The position numbers and the translations under genes were made by a program. DNA of 36,588 nt from Alphaproteobacteria bacterium (lineage in GTDB: Bacteria; Pseudomonadota; Alphaproteobacteria; Micavibrionales; UBA2020). Below the pieces are notes generated by a model, which made no database searches, was not told where the DNA came from, and saw only the letters and a list, made by a program, of their open reading frames with translations. Below, in pieces: positions 31,963-36,588 of the stretch; position 1 is the stretch's first letter, and every line of letters begins with the position of its first letter. Where the stretch lies: contig JAQSWE010000015.1 of the NCBI GenBank assembly GCA_029266795.1, positions 1 through 36,588 on the forward strand, written 5' to 3'.

Positions 31963-32742
31963 TCAAAGCTTCTGCAACTGCTTGATAAGTTGCCGCATAT
32001 CATCCGGCAATTCTGCCTTAAATGATACTTTATTATTGGTTACCGGATGGTTAAATTCCAGCTGCGCGGCATGCAGCGCCTGACGCGGAAAACCTGTCAA
32101 ACCCTTGGCCGCCTTTTCCGGAACTTTGTGCGCGCGGATGAATTTCGGGATGCTGGGCTTGCCATACACAGGGTCGCCGACGATCCAGTGCTGCAGATGC
32201 GCCATATGCACGCGGATCTGGTGCGTGCGTCCCGTCTGCAACCGGCATTCGACGAGGCTTGCGACCATGCCGTAGGTTTCGAGCAGCGTGTAATCGGTAA
32301 TCGCGTCCTTGCCGCCCTCCACCAGCACCGCCATTTTCTGGCGGTTGGTGCGGCTGCGGCCGATCTGCGTTTCGATGCGGCCGGAAGTTGGCGTGACGTT
32401 GCCCCAGCAGAGCGCGTTATAGACGCGCTTCAATTTGCGGGATTCAAGTTGTGCGGAAAGCCCCTTATGCGCGGTGTCATTCTTGGCGACGACCAGCAGG
32501 CCGGAAGTTTCTTTATCCAGCCGATGCACGATACCGGGGCGCTTCACGCCGCCGATGCCCGACAGTTGGTCGCCGCAATGGGCGAGCAGCGCATTCACGA
32601 GCGTGCCGTCCCAGTTGCCCGCGCCCGGATGCACGACCATGTTCGGCGCCTTATTGATGACGAGCAGGTCTTTGTCTTCGAAAATAATGTCGAGGTCGAT
32701 TTTCTGCGGTGTGGGCAGCGCCTCCACGGCCGGCGGCACCAC
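31963..32742 (-). CDS. rluD: RluA/RluD-family 23S rRNA pseudouridine synthase catalytic domain; the S4 domain is apparently deleted
   Basis: LLVINKAPNMVVHPGAGN, GIVHRLDKETSGLLVVAKN (catalytic Asp) and RTHQIRVHMAHL are present. The track ORF starts at GTG 32742. An RluD-like N-terminus, MESLTIKVEEEDKGARL, lies upstream in another frame (ATG at 32806). Confidence 0.8.
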   Translation of the reverse strand: MVPPAVEALPTPQKIDLDIIFEDKDLLVINKAPNMVVHPGAGNWDGTLVNALLAHCGDQLSGIGGVKRPGIVHRLDKETSGLLVVAKNDTAHKGLSAQLESRKLKRVYNALCWGNVTPTSGRIETQIGRSRTNRQKMAVLVEGGKDAITDYTLLETYGMVASLVECRLQTGRTHQIRVHMAHLQHWIVGDPVYGKPSIPKFIRAHKVPEKAAKGLTGFPRQALHAAQLEFNHPVTNNKVSFKAELPDDMRQLIKQLQKL

Positions 32743-32840
32743 GATGGTGAATTTCGAGCCGCGCGCCCTTGTCCTCTTCCTCTACTTTGATTGTCAGGCT
32801 TTCCATGGTAACAATATAACCGAAGCCAAGGAGAAGTGTC

Positions 32841-33125
32841 ATGCAGGGAATGAAGATACTGGTGGGCGTCATGAGCCTGATGATCGTCATCTGCATCGGC
32901 CTGCTCGCCTATGGCCTGGCGACCAAAACGGGCGAATTGGCAGCGGAAAAGCCCAAAGCGACGGCCGAAACCATCACGGAATTGCAGTTGCCCGCCCTCT
33001 CCCGCATCGAGCGCATGTCGGGCGACAGCGATGGCGCGGTCCTTTATGTGGAATCAACGGAAGGCGACTATTTATATTTCGTCAGCCCCGCGTCCTCCGT
33101 GCGCATCCGCATTAAACGTCAATAA
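32841..33125 (+). CDS. 94-aa membrane-anchored hypothetical protein
   Basis: AAGGAG Shine-Dalgarno (32828-32833) and an N-terminal TM (ILVGVMSLMIVICIGLLAYGLA). Divergent from the rluD-like gene. Confidence 0.65.
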   Translation: MQGMKILVGVMSLMIVICIGLLAYGLATKTGELAAEKPKATAETITELQLPALSRIERMSGDSDGAVLYVESTEGDYLYFVSPASSVRIRIKRQ

Positions 33126-33213
33126 ATTCAACACGTTAATCCACTGCCGGAACTCGACTCACCCATATTCGTTGGCTGTCCAACAACATGTCCAACGTAC
33201 ACGGGAGGACACT

Positions 33214-33825
33214 ATGAAAGCCCATAAAGACGCCAAGCCCTTTGACCTGCCCCTGCGCGAAGACGCGTTGGTGATTTTGCAGGCCGATCACGACCATCTC
33301 CGCAAATTATTCGCCGAATTCCAGCGCCATGTCGGCCGCGATGAGGAAGACACGTCCGCCAAAGAGACCATCGTGCGCGAAGCCTGCGACCTGCTCGAAA
33401 TCCACACCCAGCTTGAGGAAGAGATTTTCTACCCCGCTATCCGCAAGGCGCTCGGCGAGGAAGAACTGATGCATGAAGCGAAGATCGAGCACGACACCGC
33501 GGACGAGCTGATGGACGACCTGCGCAAGCTGTCGCCCGATGACGAGATTTTCGACGCGAAATTCATCGTACTGTCCGAAATCGCCACCATGCACATGAAG
33601 AAGGAAGAAAAGGAAATCTTCCCGCTCGCGCGCAGCGCGAAGATGGATATGTTCGCCCTTGGCCGCAAAATCTCGCTGCGCCGCGAAGTGCTGGTGATCG
33701 GCAAGCGTATCGGCGAGACGCTGGACGAGATGAACCACAACATTCATCCGGTCGATGAAGCCTCCGCAGCCGATGCGGCTGGTTTGCTGCCCGATATTCT
33801 GGTCCCGCCGCCCGGCTTCCGGTAA
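33214..33825 (+). CDS. Hemerythrin/HHE cation-binding domain protein
   Basis: ATG 33214 with a GGGAGG Shine-Dalgarno. Ligand-type motifs: DHDHLRKLF, EIHTQLEEEIFYP, KIEHDTADEL and MHMKKEEKEIFP. Confidence 0.8.
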   Translation: MKAHKDAKPFDLPLREDALVILQADHDHLRKLFAEFQRHVGRDEEDTSAKETIVREACDLLEIHTQLEEEIFYPAIRKALGEEELMHEAKIEHDTADELMDDLRKLSPDDEIFDAKFIVLSEIATMHMKKEEKEIFPLARSAKMDMFALGRKISLRREVLVIGKRIGETLDEMNHNIHPVDEASAADAAGLLPDILVPPPGFR

Positions 33826-33878
33826 CAAAACCGGCGCTGAGGCGTAGGCAACACGAACTTAAATTCAGGAGAAGCGCG

Positions 33879-34439
33879 ATGAAAAAATCCGCAGCGAATA
33901 AAAAAGAAACCACCGCCCTTTCGCTCCTTGCGAAAGACTTTGGCACCGCCATGACCAACTTCCGCGAATTCGCCAAAGTAGTGGAAAAGGATGACAGCAA
34001 TATCGACCGCAAGGTCGAGCTGGTGCGCGAAACCTGCGCCGATGTGATGACGCATTTGCAGGTGCGCGAAGACGTCCTTTATCCCGCAATCCAGAGCGCA
34101 ACAGGCGATGAGGAACTGGTTAAACGCGAACTCGATGGCAATGAAACCGTCAAGGCGCTCATCAGCCGCCTGAACCAGCTTGAACCCGGTGACGAGCTGT
34201 TTGACGCCACCTTTATCGTGCTGGGCGAAACAGTTGCTGCGCATGTGAAGGCGGAACAGCAGATATTGTTCCCCGAAGCGCGCGCCGCTGGTCTTGATGT
34301 CGCCGCACTCGGCCAGAAAATCCTGAAACGCGAGGCTGAATTGAAGGCGCGCGAAGGGATTGAAGAACAACTGTCTGATATTAATATCACCGGCCACCAT
34401 GCCGCCGGTGTGATCACCAAGGCTGGTTTCCAGCCGTAA
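33879..34439 (+). CDS. Hemerythrin-like paralog with a partly degenerate ligand set
   Basis: AGGAGA Shine-Dalgarno. Colinear with the preceding protein (THLQVREDVLYP, AHVKAEQQILFP), but DHDH is replaced by DFGT and EHD by LDG. Confidence 0.7.
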   Translation: MKKSAANKKETTALSLLAKDFGTAMTNFREFAKVVEKDDSNIDRKVELVRETCADVMTHLQVREDVLYPAIQSATGDEELVKRELDGNETVKALISRLNQLEPGDELFDATFIVLGETVAAHVKAEQQILFPEARAAGLDVAALGQKILKREAELKAREGIEEQLSDINITGHHAAGVITKAGFQP

Positions 34440-34479
34440 CGAGGTTGACGTTCCCGCTATAGTGCGGGAATTCGCAAAG

Positions 34480-34527
34480 GCATCCCGTGCCGCCGCGTGT
34501 ACCGGCAGCACGGGATGCTTTATTTTT
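34480..34527. terminator. Bidirectional terminator between the hemerythrin paralog and the SDR gene
   Basis: gcatcccgtgccgccg (34480-34495) pairs with cggcagcacgggatgc (34503-34518): 16 bp with one mismatch, followed by tttattttt. Confidence 0.75.
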
Positions 34528-34530
34528 GCG

Positions 34531-35283
34531 TTACAGGAAAATCCCGCCTGCCGCCTCGATGCGCTGCCCGTTGACCCAGCGGCAATCATCCGACAGCAAT
34601 GCCGAGACAAGCGCGCCGATATCGTCGGGCAGGCCGACGCGACCAAGCGCCGTGCTGCTGGCGATCATGTCGTTCACCGCCTTGTTGTCACGCACCGCGC
34701 CGCCGCCGAAATCGGTTTCGATCGCACCGGGGGCAAGGACGTTGACAGAAATCTTGCGCGGGGCCATTTCCTTTGCCATATAGCGCGTCAGCGTTTCAAT
34801 ACCGCCTTTCATCGACCCGTAGGCTGCGTAACCCGGCATCGAAAAGCGCGCGAGGCCAGAAGATACGTTCAGGATACGCCCGCCATCCTTGATCAGCGGG
34901 AGTAGTTTTTGCGACAGGAAAAACGTCGATTTGAAATGTATATTCACCATCTGGTCGAATTGTTCTTCGGTCGTTTCCATGAAACCGGCATGGACGCCGG
35001 TCCCCGCGTTGTTAACCAGCGCGTCGAAATCCTTGCACCCGAATTTTTCCTGCAATGTTTTGGCCACCATCGCGGCGAAGTCACCAAATGATTTGCTGTC
35101 GGAAACATCCAGCTGCAGCGCCGCGCCTTTACGCCCTGTGGCGGTCACTTCGGCGACAGCCTTTTCCGCTTCGTCTTTTTTGCTGTGGTAGGTGATGATG
35201 ATGTCATGGCCTTTTTGCGCAAGGTGCTGCGCCATGTTCTTGCCGAGCCCACGACTGCCGCCGGTGATCAATACGATGCCCAT
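34531..35283 (-). CDS. Short-chain dehydrogenase/reductase (classical SDR)
   Basis: Start at MGIVLITGGSRGLGK (TGxxxGxG). NNAG motif; catalytic S...YxxxK (YAAYGSMKGG); PGAIETD. Confidence 0.85.
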   Translation of the reverse strand: MGIVLITGGSRGLGKNMAQHLAQKGHDIIITYHSKKDEAEKAVAEVTATGRKGAALQLDVSDSKSFGDFAAMVAKTLQEKFGCKDFDALVNNAGTGVHAGFMETTEEQFDQMVNIHFKSTFFLSQKLLPLIKDGGRILNVSSGLARFSMPGYAAYGSMKGGIETLTRYMAKEMAPRKISVNVLAPGAIETDFGGGAVRDNKAVNDMIASSTALGRVGLPDDIGALVSALLSDDCRWVNGQRIEAAGGIFL

Positions 35284-35285
35284 TT

Positions 35286-35831
35286 TTATTTTCCCTCTAC
35301 TTGGTCGATGCGTTGCAGAACCTCCGGCTTGTCCCATTCAAACGGGCCGGCGAAGGTGTCGACAATATTGCCGCGCGTGTCGATCAGGAAGCTGGTCGGC
35401 AGCCCCTGATAAAGTTTTTCCCACGCGGCCGGGATCTGCCGGTCGGTGTCGAGATAGACAGCAAGGCTGGACGCGCCATGTTTTTTCAAAAATTCCGCGA
35501 TTTTCTCGGGCGTGCCGTTGCGGTCGAGGCTGATGGCGACGACGGTCACATCCTTGAGCTTTGCCAGCGACGGCAGCTCGGCGACGCAAGGGGTGCACCA
35601 GGTTGCCCAAAGGTTAACCAGCACGCGGCTGCCCCGGAAATCTTCCAGCGTCTTTTTCGCGCCTTTGGCGTCGTAAAAAGTCACCGGCGGCGGGGTATTG
35701 TTTTTAGTGACGGTCGAGATATTTTCCTTATTATCAGCGGGATATGACAATACCATTGTGGCAATCCCGTAACCCAGCAGGGCGATCAGCGCGACAGCCC
35801 AGAGATAGACGATTTGTGGCTTTACCCGCAT
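35286..35831 (-). CDS. TlpA/ResA-family membrane-anchored thiol:disulfide oxidoreductase
   Basis: N-terminal TM and the thioredoxin motif WATWCTPC. The stop is 2 nt from the SDR start, so they are probably one operon. Confidence 0.85.
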   Translation of the reverse strand: MRVKPQIVYLWAVALIALLGYGIATMVLSYPADNKENISTVTKNNTPPPVTFYDAKGAKKTLEDFRGSRVLVNLWATWCTPCVAELPSLAKLKDVTVVAISLDRNGTPEKIAEFLKKHGASSLAVYLDTDRQIPAAWEKLYQGLPTSFLIDTRGNIVDTFAGPFEWDKPEVLQRIDQVEGK

Positions 35832-35889
35832 GGTTCTTTAACTCCAAAATAACAAAAAGGACTCTATAATAATAAGATGGTGGGTGCGA

Positions 35890-36021
35890 GATGAGAATAG
35901 CGGTACTGATGCTTCCGATAGCCATGCTTTTTCTGACCGGTTGCGGCGTCAAGCCCAATCAGGTTGACCCGCCTGCGAGCGTGGAAAAGGGCAAGGATTA
36001 TTTCCCCCGCACCTATCCTGA
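35890..36021 (+). CDS. Small lipoprotein (LptM/YifL-like) upstream of lysA
   Basis: Below the track size cutoff. MRIAVLMLPIAMLFLTGCGVKPNQVDPPASVEKGKDYFPPHLS has lipobox LTGC. The 3' end is ambiguous: the +1 frame from 36002 continues to 36064 and would overlap the lysA ATG. Confidence 0.6.
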
Positions 36022-36060
36022 CACCGCGACCGATCCGAACCCCCAACGGTATGTACCGAA

Positions 36061-36588
36061 ATGACCCAGACCACCGCCTATAAAAATTCCCGCCTGCGCA
36101 TGGAGGATGTGGAACTGGCATCCGTCGCCGAAAAATTCGGCACCCCCCTGTATTGCTACAGCGCGGGGCAGATCGAAAAGAATTACGAGGCCTATCGCCG
36201 CGCGCTGAAAAGCGTGACCGATGATTTCACGATTTGCTATGCGACCAAGGCGAACAGCAATATCGCCGTCCTCAAGGTGCTGCAAAAACGCGGCGCGGGG
36301 GCGGATATCGTCTCGGGCGGGGAACTCCGCCGTGCGCTGGCCGCCGGCATATCGCCGAAAAAAATCGTCTATTCCGGCGTCGGCAAAAGCGACGAAGAGA
36401 TCACCTTCGCCATCAAGACCGGCATCATGCAGATCAACGTGGAATCGGAGCCTGAGCTGGTATCCATTTCCCGCATCGCGAAGAAGCTGAAAAAGACCGT
36501 CGATGTTTCCATCCGCATCAATCCGAACGTCGACGCCAAGACCCATGCCAAGATCACGACGGGCAAGAAAGAGAACAAGTTCGGCATC
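36061..36588 (+). CDS. lysA: Diaminopimelate decarboxylase, N-terminal 176 codons; continues past the right window edge
   Basis: Not in the track because it is open-ended. MTQTTAYKNSRLRMEDVELASVAEKFGTPLYCYS...ICYATKANSNIAVLKVL (PLP-Lys motif)...GADIVSGGEL...KENKFGI. Confidence 0.9.
   Translation, partial: MTQTTAYKNSRLRMEDVELASVAEKFGTPLYCYSAGQIEKNYEAYRRALKSVTDDFTICYATKANSNIAVLKVLQKRGAGADIVSGGELRRALAAGISPKKIVYSGVGKSDEEITFAIKTGIMQINVESEPELVSISRIAKKLKKTVDVSIRINPNVDAKTHAKITTGKKENKFGI

Noticed and set aside
32047-32790. 247-aa plus-strand ORF
   Set aside because: It is antisense to the pseudouridine synthase catalytic domain.
33744-34646. 300-aa minus-strand ORF
   Set aside because: It is antisense to the second hemerythrin gene and the terminator region, and shows no coding-like features.
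36013-36546. 177-aa minus-strand ORF
   Set aside because: It is antisense to lysA, whose PLP-binding and substrate motifs are unmistakable on the plus strand.
1-36588. Search for CRISPR arrays, tRNA/rRNA genes, IS elements, integrases or long repeats
   Set aside because: I saw no regularly spaced direct repeats, no cloverleaf-capable intergenic segment, no transposase- or integrase-like ORF and no long duplicated DNA. The only duplication is the diverged tandem paralog pair at 5182-6862. This was a by-eye scan, so small ncRNAs cannot be excluded.

Overview
Moderately GC-rich bacterial chromosomal segment. Gene content (dusB/nifR3, TlpA-type thioredoxin, small lipoprotein followed by lysA, giant NAD-glutamate dehydrogenase, actinobacterial-type AhpC) suggests an alphaproteobacterium-like organism; this is inference only. 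I support about 38 protein-coding genes. By eye I found no rRNA, tRNA, CRISPR array, transposase or integrase. Housekeeping genes alternate with blocks of uncharacterised genes. Main observations follow. (1) A tightly coupled four-gene minus-strand operon (6863-13002) encodes a TolC-family outer-membrane factor, a membrane-fusion protein (MFP), an MFP with a ~190-aa cytoplasmic sensor-like N-domain, and a 710-aa fusion of a PqqD/RRE-like domain, an M50 site-2-type zinc protease and an MFP domain. It has no ABC, RND or MFS energiser. I propose it as a candidate protease-coupled peptide processing/export machine. It abuts two tandem paralogous orphan genes with zero intergenic bases. (2) Several apparent gene lesions: an RND adaptor split by deletion plus frameshift, an rluD-like gene missing its S4 domain, a Sec signal peptide out of frame with its Cys-rich protein body, and a pyruvate kinase lacking its C-terminal domain. 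Two of these sit at short direct repeats. (3) Orphan modules: a membrane protein plus a GxSxG hydrolase behind an AT-rich leader; a solitary TerD coupled to a secreted protein and a coiled-coil protein with a perfect 16-bp palindrome upstream; a hemerythrin pair with one degenerate copy; and a K-channel-like pore protein overlapping the RND pump gene. Family assignments come from motif recognition by eye, not from database searches.
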